DNA from: an uncultured delta proteobacterium
Lineage (GTDB): Bacteria > Myxococcota_A > Polyangia > Polyangiales > Houyiibacteriaceae
Length of the DNA stretch: 64,000 nt
Direction of reading: 5' to 3'
Assembly: GCA_963699755.1 (NCBI GenBank)
Contig: CAVOVB010000002.1
Coordinates: 838,956 to 902,955 of the forward strand
In this document: positions 50,795 through 60,895 of the stretch, piece after piece
Layout: the number at the start of each line of letters is the position of its first letter
Position numbering within the stretch: the first letter of the stretch is position 1
The notes under the pieces: model-generated
Seen by the model: only the letters and a program-made list of their open reading frames with translations
The model's database searches: none
What the model was told of the DNA's origin: nothing
Program-made: the position numbers and the translations under genes

Positions 50795-51817
50795 CTACCA
50801 GCCGAGCTCGGCGCTCAGGAACTCGATCGTTTTGTCGGCCATCAAGGCGTGGGTCTGCACACCCGGGTGGTAGTTGTCGCAGGCGAGGTCGACGAGCTCG
50901 TCGAGCTCGAGGTCGGCGCCGGTGACCCGGGCATCGCCGGCAGCGGCGAGCTCGGCGATGGCCGCGTCGATCGCCGAACGCGCGAGCGCTCTCTCCGAGG
51001 GGTCGGGGAGCTGCGGCCAAATGCACGCGATCAGCGCGTCCGGGTGCTGAAGGCGAATCTGCTCCAGAAGCGACACGTAGGCAGGTACGAACCCACTGGG
51101 GAGCTCGCCTGCGACGAAGTCGTTGGCGCCAAGAGAGACGAAGACCGCGTCGGCCGGGCGGATCGTGCCGGTGCTGCCGGCCTCGGTGCCGATCACTCGG
51201 TCGTACAAGGGAAGCATGGCCTCACGGACGATCCCCTTGCCCGCCCACGCTACGGTGCTGAGCTCGGCGTCGAGCGCCCGGGCCGCGATGGCGCCCCAGG
51301 TCACGAAGTGGTTTTGGGCGCGCGAGTCGCAGACCTCGTTGGAGCCGTCGACGCCGTCGCCCGTGCTCCACGAGTCGCCCACGATCTCCAACTGGCGGGT
51401 CGGCCGCGGCACCGAGAGCGGCTCCCCGTCGACCTCCACACCGACGACCACGGTCGGTCCGTTCAAGGCTTCGGTGCGACGGTAGACCTCGATGGTGTGT
51501 TCGCCGTCCGGAAGATTCGACGCGAGGTCGTAAGTCTCGCCGACGACATCGGACACCTCTAACGGATCGGGCCGGGCGTCGCCGTCGACGACCACCGTGA
51601 AGTAGCGTCCGCCGCGAAACGTGGCTCGCGCGCCGGTCCCGCGGAAGCGAACCACGAAGCCGCTACCGGACCAGGAAAGACGAACTGCGCCCGGATCGGA
51701 ATCGTCGAAGCGGCCCACGTAGAGCAGGTCGTCCACCGGCGATGGACCGGCGTCGTCGTTGTCCCCACAGGCGAGAACGAAAAAGAGGGCACACAGCGAG
51801 AGCTTGGCCGAGCGCAT
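50795..51817 (-). CDS. SGNH/GDSL esterase lipoprotein (CE2-like)
   Basis: IVGDSWSTG; LGANDF; YHP. Confidence 0.85.
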   Translation of the reverse strand: MRSAKLSLCALFFVLACGDNDDAGPSPVDDLLYVGRFDDSDPGAVRLSWSGSGFVVRFRGTGARATFRGGRYFTVVVDGDARPDPLEVSDVVGETYDLASNLPDGEHTIEVYRRTEALNGPTVVVGVEVDGEPLSVPRPTRQLEIVGDSWSTGDGVDGSNEVCDSRAQNHFVTWGAIAARALDAELSTVAWAGKGIVREAMLPLYDRVIGTEAGSTGTIRPADAVFVSLGANDFVAGELPSGFVPAYVSLLEQIRLQHPDALIACIWPQLPDPSERALARSAIDAAIAELAAAGDARVTGADLELDELVDLACDNYHPGVQTHALMADKTIEFLSAELGW

Positions 51818-51991
51818 GCCGCACCTTAGTCCATCGAAAGCGGGTTCGAACAGAGCGATTCGAGACAGTGCCGTTCTAGGCTGGGGTGGTCCCCCGCGGG
51901 AAGCTTCTGCTCCTGCGATCGCCGGAACAGCCTGACGATGGGCACGGCGCTTGGGGATGCAAGCGGTGAGACGCTACGCGGAAGTTGCGAG

Positions 51992-53973
51992 CTAGTTGAG
52001 CAGCGTTCGTTCGCGGTTTCTGACGCTGATGATGGGGTGGCGGCCTAAGAGCCAAGTGGGGTTCTTGCCTGGGGGGAGGATCTTCAAGCGGCCTCCGTGT
52101 TCGCCTTCGAGGTGGCAGAAGGCGCAGGGGCTCGTGAGGTTTTCCGGGTCGTCGGTGCCGCCGTTGGCGCGGTACTTCACGTGGTGGAGGGTGACGTTGC
52201 GGTTTTGGCAGACCGGGTTGGTGCAGCGGTAGCGATCTCGGCGGTAGATCGCTTCCCATTTGTCGGAGACGCCCAGGTGGGGGACCCAGGTTTGCCAGAA
52301 GGTCGCGCAGAGGAACTGGATGAAGCTTTCGTCGGGGCGCTTTTTCCGGTGGAGGCGTTCGAGTTGGCGGTAGTGGAGGAGGAGATCGCCGGGGACGCGG
52401 ATTCGCAACGTGATTTTGGCGGATGGACCTACGGATATCTGGACAGGTTCGTTCGGTGCCTCGTCGTTGGAGGTTACGGAAATCTGGACAGTGTCGTTCG
52501 GGGGTTCGGCTTCGGGGGTTACGGATATCTGGACAATGGGATCGAGCTCGGGCGCGCCGGCCTCATCTTTGCCGGCGCGTCCATTGTGTTCGTCGTATTC
52601 GGATTGACGATCGCGGATGACTCTTCGCAGGAGCTCGCCGCTTAGGATGGCTCGTTCAAGCGCCTGCATTTGCTCGACTTGCCGTTCGCTTGGTGGGGAG
52701 TGATCCGATTCGTTGAGGAAGCGGGTGGCCATTTCGACGGCTTGCACTTCTTCGCGGAGGTGTTTGAAGGTGCGGCGGGTGGCGCGGGTGAGCCAGGCGC
52801 GCTCCGTTTCGGGGGTGGCGATGCGGGCGATGAGTTGGGCGGCTTCGAAGCCGATGCGGCCTTCTTGGAGGGCGTCGATGAGCTGGTCGCGGCCCTCAGT
52901 GCGGCGGGCGAGGCTGACTTTGCTGCGGAGCGCGGAGCGCGACATGCCGAGGCGTTCGCGTGCGTAGTGGGCTTCGCTCACGAAGCCGAGGGCTTGCCAG
53001 CCGCGGAGTGCGAGGAAGCGTTGGGCGATGCGGCCGAAGAAGAGATCGCGACTGGCGAGCTCGGCGCTGTAGTGACGGATGCGTGCGTCGAGTGCTTTGA
53101 TGCCCGTGGGGAGGTCACTCGGGTCGGGGGCCTCGCCGGGATTTGGGTCAGTGGTGACGGCGGGGCGGGTTTGGAGCTCGGCTTCGGCTTCTTGGTGTTG
53201 GAGGCGTTGCATCTGCGCGCGCCATGCGGCGTGCTCCGCTTCCATCTGCGCGTAGATGTCGGTTTGATCGGTTCGGTCGGCTTGATCGATTTCTTGGGCT
53301 CGCGCGGAGGCGGTGAGCTCGAGGAGGGAGATGGTGGCTTCGGCGAGGAGTGATTCGAGGAAATGGGCGCCGGTGGACTTGCCGTCCATGTGCTCGACCA
53401 TCATGCGCGTGGCTTCGAGGGCCCACGCCTCTTCGACGGGGAGCGTGAGTGAGAGGGTGCGGGCGAGCTCGTCGTCGTCGGTTGGGTCGGGTGAGGCTAA
53501 TGATTCTGGGGGGGTCAGCGCGATGCGCATGGCTTGGACTGTTTTGCCGCGTGCGATGGTGAGCAGTGCGGCTTCGGTTTGCGGGGTGGCGTGGCGTGCG
53601 AGGAGCTCGGCCATGGACCAGCCGATGGAGCCGGACTCGAGTGCCTCTGTTAAATGAGGGAGCGATTGCAGGCGGCCTGCGAGGGTGCGGGTTTCGGCGG
53701 CCCAGCGAGCACCGCGATTGCAGCGTTCGAGCGCGTATGCGCCGAGGGTTGAAAAGCCGAGCTCGTGGATGCCTTCTGCCAGGCGGTGGAGGGCTTGGCC
53801 GATGCGGAGACGGAGACGGCCGGCGCCGCGGGCTAGCCGGTGGAGCTCGGTGTCGAGTTGGGTGAGCTCGGGGGCTGGAGGAGCTGGGTGAGCCCGGGGA
53901 GCGCTGGATTGAGTTGAGGGAGGCCTTGGAGAGGAAATGCTAGGCGCTGGGAGTGCGAGGGGGAACTTCGCAT
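51992..53973 (-). CDS. Large HNH endonuclease, copy 2 (conserved ATG out of frame; open from 53614)
   Basis: Paralogue of 42773-44782; ATG at 53973 is one base off the conserved frame. Confidence 0.8.
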
Positions 53974-53999
53974 GATTACTGATGTTTATAGCGTAGATA

Positions 54000-54015
54000 C
54001 TGAACGTTTGTAAAG
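54000..54015 (-). promoter_or_regulatory. LexA-box-like site / promoter of HNH copy 2
   Basis: Same 16-mer as 44809-44824. Confidence 0.5.
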
Positions 54016-54130
54016 TGCTTTTTGGGGTTATCGGCCGGCAACGGGCGATGTTGCGCGCTTTCGTTCTAGTTCGAAGTTCCTCGCTCGGTTCGTCGAGAAC
54101 GGGCGCCCCTCGGACGGGGCGCGCGACCGG

Positions 54131-54457
54131 TTATCGGCTCTTCGCCTTGGCTGCGGATGGCCCGCGGCCTGCTGCGCGGCGGACGATGTTGGGGTGACGG
54201 GCTGCGATTTTGAGGAGGGCGATGGCGGGGCCTTCGGGTTGGCGGCGGCCCTGCTCCCAGTTGCGCAGGGTGTGCACGCTGATCTCGAGGGCGCGCGCGA
54301 ACTCTTTTTGGCTGAGCTTGGTGAACCTTCGGAGCGCCACGATGTCTCTGCCGGACTCGATTCGGCCTTCCATGATGCGGCGGCGCGTGGTCGCGCGGAT
54401 CATGTGTTTGAAGTCGCGTTCGGTGAGCTCCGGGATTTCTAGGTCGTCGTCATTCAT
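54131..54457 (-). CDS. XRE-HTH antitoxin
   Basis: LSQKEFARALEISVHTLRNWEQGRRQPEGPA. Confidence 0.9.
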   Translation of the reverse strand: MNDDDLEIPELTERDFKHMIRATTRRRIMEGRIESGRDIVALRRFTKLSQKEFARALEISVHTLRNWEQGRRQPEGPAIALLKIAARHPNIVRRAAGRGPSAAKAKSR

Positions 54458-54750
54458 TAGTAGATGTCGCTACAGGCGAGGTAGAGCTGTCGCTCGTGCT
54501 TGTTGGCGCGGCGTACGCTGATGATGCGGACGACATCGTTGGATGGAGCGGTCCACACGACCGTGATGAGCCCCTGGGGGATTGCGCCAACGGAGATGAA
54601 ACGAGCTTCGTCTCCGGGATAGGTTTCATCGAGCTCGTCGAAGCGATCGGCCTCTCAGATGAAGATGGGCTTTGCGTCTTCGAAGCGTAGGCCGTGCTTT
54701 CGTTGGTTGGCATCGTTCTTTGCGGGATCCCACTCGAAGCGGATCGACAT
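54457..54750 (-). pseudogene. BrnT-family toxin with in-frame TGA
   Basis: MSIRFEWDPAKNDANQRKHGLRFEDA..I*..RIISVRRA; stop at 54655-54657. Confidence 0.85.
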
Positions 54751-55006
54751 TGGAAGTGTCGTCTTTCAAGAGTGGTAAGTCAATGGCTTACCGCTGGGTT
54801 TGGAAGGGAACGCTGCATTGCGACGGTTGTCGGCCGTCGTCGGGGGAAGTTGCGTGATTGCGCGCGGCCGTGGCGCGGACCGAAGGCACGCGTTCGTTAC
54901 AACGGCATCGGGCTCGGGCGCGCCGGCCCCATCATTGCCGGCGCGTCCATCGGGTTCATCGCGTTCGCATAGGTGATCGGGGAAAGCGGGCGCGAGTTGC
55001 TGTGCT

Positions 55007-55534
55007 TCATGGGATGGCGGATGCGATCGCGTCGACGGGCAGGAGCATGGGCTGGGGCTCGCCGTGTAGGAGGCCCTCGCGCACGCCTTCGAGTGGGACG
55101 AAGCCGAGGGATCGATAGAAGCTCACGCTTTGTGGCTTGGCATCGGTGACGATTGCGACGCAGCCGAAACGGTCGCGTTGTTCGACGGCGAGGGAGAGCA
55201 CGTGGCGAAGGAGCGCGCTGCCGACGCCGTGGCCTTGGGCGCGCGTGTCGACACCCAGGCGTGCCAGACGCAAGACGGGCAGTGGATAGGTCGGCAGATG
55301 TTTGCGGAGGCGAGCGCTCGGTACCCGCGCCCGTTCGATGGACGAAGCCGCGACCGTGGCGAAGCCGACGATCCGGTCGTCGACGACGGCGACGTAGGTC
55401 ACACCGAGGTGCAGCTTGAATTGGTTCTGGCCGGCGTAGTGTTCGAAGAAGCGGTCGAGGTCGTCCTGCCCGCACGAGAAGCCGCTGCGGTCGTCGTCGC
55501 GGGCGAGCGGACGAATCTCAATCGCCTTGGCCAC
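55007..55534 (-). CDS. GNAT-family toxin
   Basis: FSCG..LD.F; LARLGVD..QGHGVG; FYRSLGF. Confidence 0.9.
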   Translation of the reverse strand: MAKAIEIRPLARDDDRSGFSCGQDDLDRFFEHYAGQNQFKLHLGVTYVAVVDDRIVGFATVAASSIERARVPSARLRKHLPTYPLPVLRLARLGVDTRAQGHGVGSALLRHVLSLAVEQRDRFGCVAIVTDAKPQSVSFYRSLGFVPLEGVREGLLHGEPQPMLLPVDAIASAIP

Positions 55535-55793
55535 GCATCAACTTGCGCAGGGCCTCGGTGGGCGCAGGTGGGCTCGCGATCAGCTCCGCGATGCGGTCGA
55601 AGGCTTTGTCGTCGAGGACTAGACGGGCGGGTACCAAGGCCTCATCGGGAAGCTCCGTGCGGGCCTCGATGAAGTAGAGCAGCGCCTGCTCCACCACGAA
55701 GTTCTTCTTGAGCCCGCGGCTCTCGACAAACCGGTCGAGCCTTTCCTTGGTGGCCTCCGAAACGGTGGCCGAGATTTGAGATTGCTTGCTCAT
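55518..55793 (-). CDS. RHH / DUF1778-like antitoxin
   Basis: N-terminal RHH-like strand; C-terminal PPAPTEALRKLM; overlaps the GNAT gene. Confidence 0.8.
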   Translation of the reverse strand: MSKQSQISATVSEATKERLDRFVESRGLKKNFVVEQALLYFIEARTELPDEALVPARLVLDDKAFDRIAELIASPPAPTEALRKLMRGQGD

Positions 55794-56023
55794 CGTTGCT
55801 CCGGACGCGTGTCTAGGAAAAACATGGCTTCCAAAGGAAAAACTAGCATTGGCCTGACCTGCCGGCAAGATGGGGTTGGTCGGCATGGTTGGCTATCGGC
55901 CGGCGGCGGCGGGAGTGGCGTGCTTTCGTTGCAGCTCGTCTCGTCTTCGGGGGTCACGGATATCTGGACAACGGGTCGTCACTCGCTATCGCCTCTTCTC
56001 CGATTGGCGGCTTCATTGCTTTG

Positions 56024-56438
56024 CTATGGTTTCTTGAACCCGAAGTCCGGCTTCTCTCCGCGGATGAGCATGTCCAGGAACTTCTCGATGCGTCTCTGTC
56101 TGGTTTCGGGTCGCTTGGCCGTGGTGAGTGCGTAGGCGATGGCGAATCGATTGGTCTTGTTCAAGGTTTCAAAGCATTGTTTCGCTCTGGGCTCGCGTTC
56201 GACCGCTGCCAGGAAATCCGCGGGCAGTTTCATTTCGCTTGCCGCGTAGGCATTCTTCCAGCGTCCGTCCGCCTTCGCGGCGCGGACCTGCACCAGCCCC
56301 GGCTCCTGCATGCGACCCTCGCCGATCAAACGCTCCGCATGCTCTCGGTTCCGCTTGGACCAAGTGCTCCGAGGTTTTTGCGGACGCAAAGGTCTTGGCT
56401 TTCGCTCGGTCGGGTTCGGGGATGGGATCAGAAAGCAA
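56024..56438 (-). pseudogene. YdeI/OmpD-associated family gene with internal deletion
   Basis: PEPD...KTFAS N-terminus joined out of frame to STWSKRN..AKADGRW..AKRPETR. Confidence 0.75.
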
Positions 56439-56447
56439 TGACGCGAC

Positions 56448-56867
56448 TCAGCGTGCGTTCGTGAATGGATTGAAGCACTCGATGTCGAGGGCTTCGACCT
56501 GGCGGACGTTGCGGGTGGCGAGGATGAGGCCGTGGACATGGGCGGTGGCAGCGAGGAGGCCATCGACCGTGGGGATGGGATTGGGCGCGCCCAGTTTGCC
56601 CCAGGTGCGTGCGATGGGGAGCGTCACGGGAAGGATCCGGTCTTCGAACTGAGTGCAGAGCCCGGAGAGCCAGCGGCGGAGGCGCGCGGCGGATTTTGGA
56701 TCGCGCTTGCGGATGCGCTCGATGCCGCGTTCGATTTCACCGACGACCAGCACGCTGAGGTAGGCGTCGGCTTCGTCGAGCGCGCCGAACCAGTCCCGGA
56801 CGGCGGAGTTGCAGCGGCTGCCCTTGCGAAGCTCGGAGACGACGTTGGTGTCAAGGAGATAGGCCAT
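56448..56867 (-). CDS. VapC/FitB PIN-domain toxin
   Basis: YLLDTNVVSE; DGLLAATA; TRN..NPF. Confidence 0.93.
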   Translation of the reverse strand: MAYLLDTNVVSELRKGSRCNSAVRDWFGALDEADAYLSVLVVGEIERGIERIRKRDPKSAARLRRWLSGLCTQFEDRILPVTLPIARTWGKLGAPNPIPTVDGLLAATAHVHGLILATRNVRQVEALDIECFNPFTNAR

Positions 56868-57087
56868 CGTCACGGTCGACGTCGCGCTCGATCGCGAAGT
56901 CGGCGTCGGCGCCGACATCGGGCATCGAGAGCAGCGCTTCTTTGAACGAGCGGCTCGGGCGGCCGAGCAGCACCTCGCGCAGGATCGCCCGATGCTCGGC
57001 CTCGGCCGACACCCCGTTCTTGGCCGCGCGCACCTTCAACGCGCGGACGACGGACTCTTCGAGCTCTCGGACGATGAGTTGGGCCAT
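56851..57087 (-). CDS. FitA-like RHH antitoxin
   Basis: MAQLIVR.L..ALKVRAA..G.S.EAE.R.IL. Confidence 0.9.
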   Translation of the reverse strand: MAQLIVRELEESVVRALKVRAAKNGVSAEAEHRAILREVLLGRPSRSFKEALLSMPDVGADADFAIERDVDRDDGLSP

Positions 57088-57095
57088 TTGCTGCT

Positions 57096-57112
57096 TGATA
57101 TCAATGATATCA
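57096..57112. promoter_or_regulatory. Putative FitAB-type operator
   Basis: TGATATCA-A-TGATATCA just upstream of the antitoxin start. Confidence 0.6.
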
Positions 57113-57192
57113 TTTGGAGTCCGGTTGTCAATGCTCACGACTGGCTATCGGACGGTGGTGGCGGAAGTTGCGCGATTGCGCGCGTCCGTGGC

Positions 57193-57780
57193 TCAGTGAG
57201 CGCCGTGCATCATCGAGGGGTCGTGGGCCTGGCCGGTTCGTGCCGTCCATGTTTCGGCGTCGACGACTTCCTGTCGGTAGGTGGAATAACAGCGCGTGCA
57301 GGCTTGCAGGGTGTCCGACGTGGCTCTCAAGACCGCTTGCGCATCGCGCGCGTCGGCGGCCTCACCGATCGCGTCGGCCTTGCGATGGAAATCGAGCGCC
57401 ATCTCCGTGAAGCCATCGGCGCCAGCGCCCATGTGCTCACACATCTGCTGCATCTGGGGAGATGACCCGATGCGGGCAGAGGCAACGCCGATCGCTTCCC
57501 AATCCTCGCGGGCGAGGCCGTCGCCGATGCGCTCAATCGCCACGAGGTGATCCTGCATGTTCTGCTTCTGGTGCCAGGCCATCATGGGCTGCAACGGCAC
57601 CGGGCGCCGAGGGTCGAGCGCATTGAGCTCGGAGACGGGCTGGCAGGCGTCGCTCGAAGCCGCCGGCACCCGAGCTTGATCGACTGGTTGTGCTGGCGTC
57701 GGTTTGCCTTCGCACGCTGTCATGAGAAGCGCGGCAAGCGCCGCCAACGTGTATCGCATGATGGGATTGTTCGAGCTCAT
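57193..57780 (-). CDS. Cytochrome c'-like lipoprotein with CxxCY in place of CxxCH
   Basis: MTAC lipobox; helical body; ACTRCYSTYRQ. Confidence 0.7.
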   Translation of the reverse strand: MSSNNPIMRYTLAALAALLMTACEGKPTPAQPVDQARVPAASSDACQPVSELNALDPRRPVPLQPMMAWHQKQNMQDHLVAIERIGDGLAREDWEAIGVASARIGSSPQMQQMCEHMGAGADGFTEMALDFHRKADAIGEAADARDAQAVLRATSDTLQACTRCYSTYRQEVVDAETWTARTGQAHDPSMMHGAH

Positions 57781-57820
57781 TGGGAAGGGGCCGTGGCATG
57801 GGGTGAGGGTAGCTCGCGCT

Positions 57821-58084
57821 CTACTCTTCGTACACCTCGCGGCGCTGGCCGATCTTTACGATCACCACGACATCGGGCGGCTCGATACGGTAGACCACGC
57901 GGTAGTCGCCGACACGGAGGCGGCGGGCGCCTCGGAGGCTGTAGCGGAGGGGCTTGCCGAGCTCGAAGGGGTGGGCGGCGAGCTTCTTTTCGATGGCGCG
58001 GCGTATTTGGTGTTTAGCCGACTTGGGGAGGGCGGGGATGTCGTCGGTGACGACGCTTCGCAGGTACTCGATGCGATAGGTCAA
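57821..58084 (-). CDS. RelE/StbE family toxin
   Basis: GKPL..L.G.RRLRVGDYRVVY; TTG start overlaps the antitoxin stop. Confidence 0.9.
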   Translation of the reverse strand: MTYRIEYLRSVVTDDIPALPKSAKHQIRRAIEKKLAAHPFELGKPLRYSLRGARRLRVGDYRVVYRIEPPDVVVIVKIGQRREVYEE

Positions 58085-58302
58085 TCCCACGCCTCATCGT
58101 GGGAGACCCGGCGCTGCTTCTTCTTCAGGCGCGCATCGGCCACCTTGGAGAAGTAGCGGTCTTCCTGGTACTCGAGAGCCTCTTCGATGAGGCGGAGGCT
58201 GGTCCGTGAAATCGACTCCTCGCACTCGTCTGCCAAGCGCTCGATGGCCGCGTACGTCGCGTCGTCGATCGTGATGTTGATTCGTTTCTTCTGGGTGGGC
58301 AT
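58081..58302 (-). CDS. Antitoxin of the RelE toxin
   Basis: RINIT RHH-like N-terminus; coupled to relE. Confidence 0.85.
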   Translation of the reverse strand: MPTQKKRINITIDDATYAAIERLADECEESISRTSLRLIEEALEYQEDRYFSKVADARLKKKQRRVSHDEAWD

Positions 58303-58526
58303 TTGCATAGTGTAACACTTTTGCATCACTTGGAGCGCGCCGCACGGGCGCGCGCCGAAGGCGCGCGTTCCTTCCGCTAGCTCGGATCACCGCGCCATCG
58401 ACACCGGACTCCCGGATATCTGGACAGAGGCATCGGGTTCGGGCGCGCTGGCCTTTTCTTTGCCGGCGCGTCTATCGTGTTCACTGGGTGCGGGTCGTCA
58501 GTGGGTCCTGTGTCGATTGAAGCGTC

Positions 58527-58826
58527 TCACGTCGCGAGCTTGGGAAGAGGCTTGGGGAGCTTCGAGATGCGCTTTGCGGCTTCGTAGAGGTCGACGGCGC
58601 GTTGCGCGGCGAGCCAGAACTCGGCGGTGGTGTCGAATGCGGCGGCGAGCTTCAGGGCCATCTCGGCGGTGACGGCGGTGCGGCCGTTGACGATGCGGTT
58701 GATGACCTTGATGTCGCAGCCGAGGTGATCGGCGAGAGCCTTCTGGGTCAGGCCGAGCGGCTCGAGGTATTCCTCATGGAGGATTTCGCCAGGTGTGGTG
58801 GGCTTGCGGTTGATTTTTCGTATCAC
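58527..58826 (-). CDS. higA: HigA family antitoxin
   Basis: TPGEILHEEYLEPLGLTQ..MALKLA..FW...Q. Confidence 0.92.
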   Translation of the reverse strand: MIRKINRKPTTPGEILHEEYLEPLGLTQKALADHLGCDIKVINRIVNGRTAVTAEMALKLAAAFDTTAEFWLAAQRAVDLYEAAKRISKLPKPLPKLAT

Positions 58827-58840
58827 GGTGCCGAGCTCCT

Positions 58841-59128
58841 TCAGTGGTAGTCGACGATGTCGACATCGGCTGGGCCGTTGGGTGTCCAGCGGAAGATGAT
58901 GCGCCACTGGTCGTTGATGCGGATGGCGTGAAGACCGCGCATGCGCCCCTTCAGCGCCTTGAGGCGGTTGCCCGGTGCGTTGAGGTCCCGAAGCGAGCCG
59001 GCGTAGTGCAGGATGTCTAGCTTTCGAATCACGACTCTTTGGAGCAAGGCCCATCCAACGGGCCTGGTGAGGGTTTGGTTTGCGAAGAATTCTTTGACCA
59101 CGCGGCTCTTGAAACTCTGAATCGCCAC
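58841..59128 (-). CDS. higB: HigB family toxin
   Basis: PGNRL.ALKG..IRINDQWRIIFRW..DIVDYH. Confidence 0.92.
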   Translation of the reverse strand: MAIQSFKSRVVKEFFANQTLTRPVGWALLQRVVIRKLDILHYAGSLRDLNAPGNRLKALKGRMRGLHAIRINDQWRIIFRWTPNGPADVDIVDYH

Positions 59129-59134
59129 GCAGTC

Positions 59135-59153
59135 TATACCTTATGATGGTATA
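59135..59153. promoter_or_regulatory. Putative higBA operator
   Basis: Inverted repeat TATACC-N7-GGTATA. Confidence 0.55.
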
Positions 59154-59394
59154 CCTTGCTTAGGCATGGATCAAGCAGAAAGCCATGTGGCCCCGCCGCG
59201 GTACCGGGCTGCAGTTTGGGTTTCGTCATCGATGGGTTATCGGCCAGCGGCGTCGGGAGTTGCGCGTGTGCGGGCGCCACGGGCGCGCGCTGGAGGCGCG
59301 CGTTCCTTCGGCTAGCTTGAATCACGGCGCGATCGACGCTGGACCCACGGATATCTGGACCGAGTGGCTACGTTGGTTCCGGTAAGCGGAGGGC

Positions 59395-59622
59395 TCAGCG
59401 CTTGGCGAGGTCAGCCAGGACGTCGGCGGCGAGGCGCCCTTCCCCGGCTTGGAACGAGGCCCATGCTTGCCCGATGGCGGCGTGGAGCGCGGCGCGCTCG
59501 GCCTCGTCGAGACTGTCACCCGCGTCGTCGATGACGAGATCGAGCTCGGTGCCTTCGGGAAGGTCCGTCGGCGCGTCCACGATGAGACGGCCGTTCCGAA
59601 CTCGGGCGCGAATCGTCGACAT
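59395..59622 (-). CDS. Putative antitoxin; toxin partner absent
   Basis: ARVRNGRL..PTDLPEGTEL; C-terminal G.G..A.DVLA.L tail; scaffold follows. Confidence 0.65.
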   Translation of the reverse strand: MSTIRARVRNGRLIVDAPTDLPEGTELDLVIDDAGDSLDEAERAALHAAIGQAWASFQAGEGRLAADVLADLAKR

Positions 59623-59699
59623 CATGGTGAGAGTAGCACGCGACCTTGGGTGGGCCTAGCGCGTGTGGGACCCACGGATATCTGGACAGAGGTGGGCTT

Positions 59700-60044
59700 C
59701 TACTTCTTCCTACGGCGTGTGCGTGGCGCTTTGGTCGTCGGCTTCTTCGGTGACGCGGCGTTGAGCTCGAGGCGAAGACCGAGGGCGGCGACGTACTTCT
59801 CTAGCGTGGAGACGCGGACGTCGTGGCCGGACTCGAGGCGGCTCACGATGGCTGCGGAGGTTTGCATGAGGGCGGCGACTTGGGTTTGGGTTTTGCCACT
59901 CGAGCGCCGGCGTTCGGCCATTTGGCGGCCAAACGCCAACCGCGCTTCCACGTCGGCCACCATGGCAGCGAACCCTGGCTCGCGCGCGTCGCGCTCGGCG
60001 ATGTAACGTTCGAGGTCGTCTCTTGGTTTCGATTGGCGTGCCAT
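59700..60044 (-). CDS. XRE-HTH antitoxin
   Basis: TQTQVAALMQTSAAIVSRLESG..TLEKYVAALG. Confidence 0.88.
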   Translation of the reverse strand: MARQSKPRDDLERYIAERDAREPGFAAMVADVEARLAFGRQMAERRRSSGKTQTQVAALMQTSAAIVSRLESGHDVRVSTLEKYVAALGLRLELNAASPKKPTTKAPRTRRRKK

Positions 60045-60090
60045 TGTTTTTATCACATTTAGTATGCCTTTTGTGAGATGGCAATCCGGG

Positions 60091-60250
60091 TCAGCGCTTC
60101 GCTGCCCTGCCCCTGCTTCGCCAGTCCGCGAGGCGGCGCTCGGCGAGCTCGATGATGCGAGCTGGGGTCCTTTGGGTCTTCTTCGTGAAAGCTTCGAGGG
60201 CCAGCAGGACCTGCTGGGCCCTTCCCTCGGGGCTGAACAGCACCCGAAAC
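60091..60250 (-). pseudogene. 5'-truncated Gp49-like RelE toxin
   Basis: RVLF..LLALEAFTKKTQRTP..IELAERR; the upstream half is replaced by scaffold. Confidence 0.8.
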
Positions 60251-60617
60251 GGTTTCGCAGAACCGCCATCGTCTCCGGTGCATGGTTGCTTATCGGCCAG
60301 CGGCGCCGGAAGTTGCGCGTGTGCGCGCGCCCGCGGCGCGCGCCGAAGGCGCGCGTTCGGACTCCCGGATATCTGGACAGCGTTGCCTTCGTCTCCGGGA
60401 CTCACGGATATCTGGACAACAGCATCGCGCTCGGGCGCGCCGGCCTCTTTTTTGCCGGCGCGTCCATCGGGTTTATTGCGCTCGCCGACTCCCGGATATC
60501 TGGACTGGGGTGGCTTCGGTTGCAGTTAGGTTGTCAAGGAACGATCGGACCCGCTTGGCACCCGAAGCGGTTTCGTAGAACCGCCAGCGCCTGCGGTGCA
60601 TGGTTGGTTATCGGGCG

Positions 60618-60683
60618 CCGCCAGACGTAGCCAGCTGCTGCAGCGATGTCATCGAACGCGCGAGGCGTGATGACGATTCGCAC
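60618..60683 (-). pseudogene. ParE-like toxin N-terminal stub
   Basis: GTG overlapping the upstream stop; MRIVITPRAFDDIAAAAGY, then scaffold. Confidence 0.6.
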
Positions 60684-60895
60684 TACTCGAGGCTTGCTTT
60701 GAGCTTGGCGAATGCTTCGTCGCGTGAGAGGCCCTCCCCCGCACGCACCGACGCCATCGCGGCCTCGAAGCCGGCCTCTTGCTCTTCGGTGAGCTCAGGG
60801 GGCTCGTCGATGGGGACGAGCACGTAGCGGCCCTTCTCGAGGGCTTTGAGCTCTTCGGGAACGTCGACGCCGTTCCAGTTCACGATGACGGCCAT
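60683..60895 (-). CDS. Putative antitoxin
   Basis: 70 aa; LTEEQEAG..A.ASVRAGEG; coupled to the ParE-like stub. Confidence 0.65.
   Translation of the reverse strand: MAVIVNWNGVDVPEELKALEKGRYVLVPIDEPPELTEEQEAGFEAAMASVRAGEGLSRDEAFAKLKASLE

Noticed and set aside
54655..54657. In-frame TGA in BrnT-like (and PhlG-like, 23375) genes as recoding or selenocysteine
   Set aside because: TGA is the normal stop for many genes here, no SECIS-like context was seen, and sibling copies are clearly decayed
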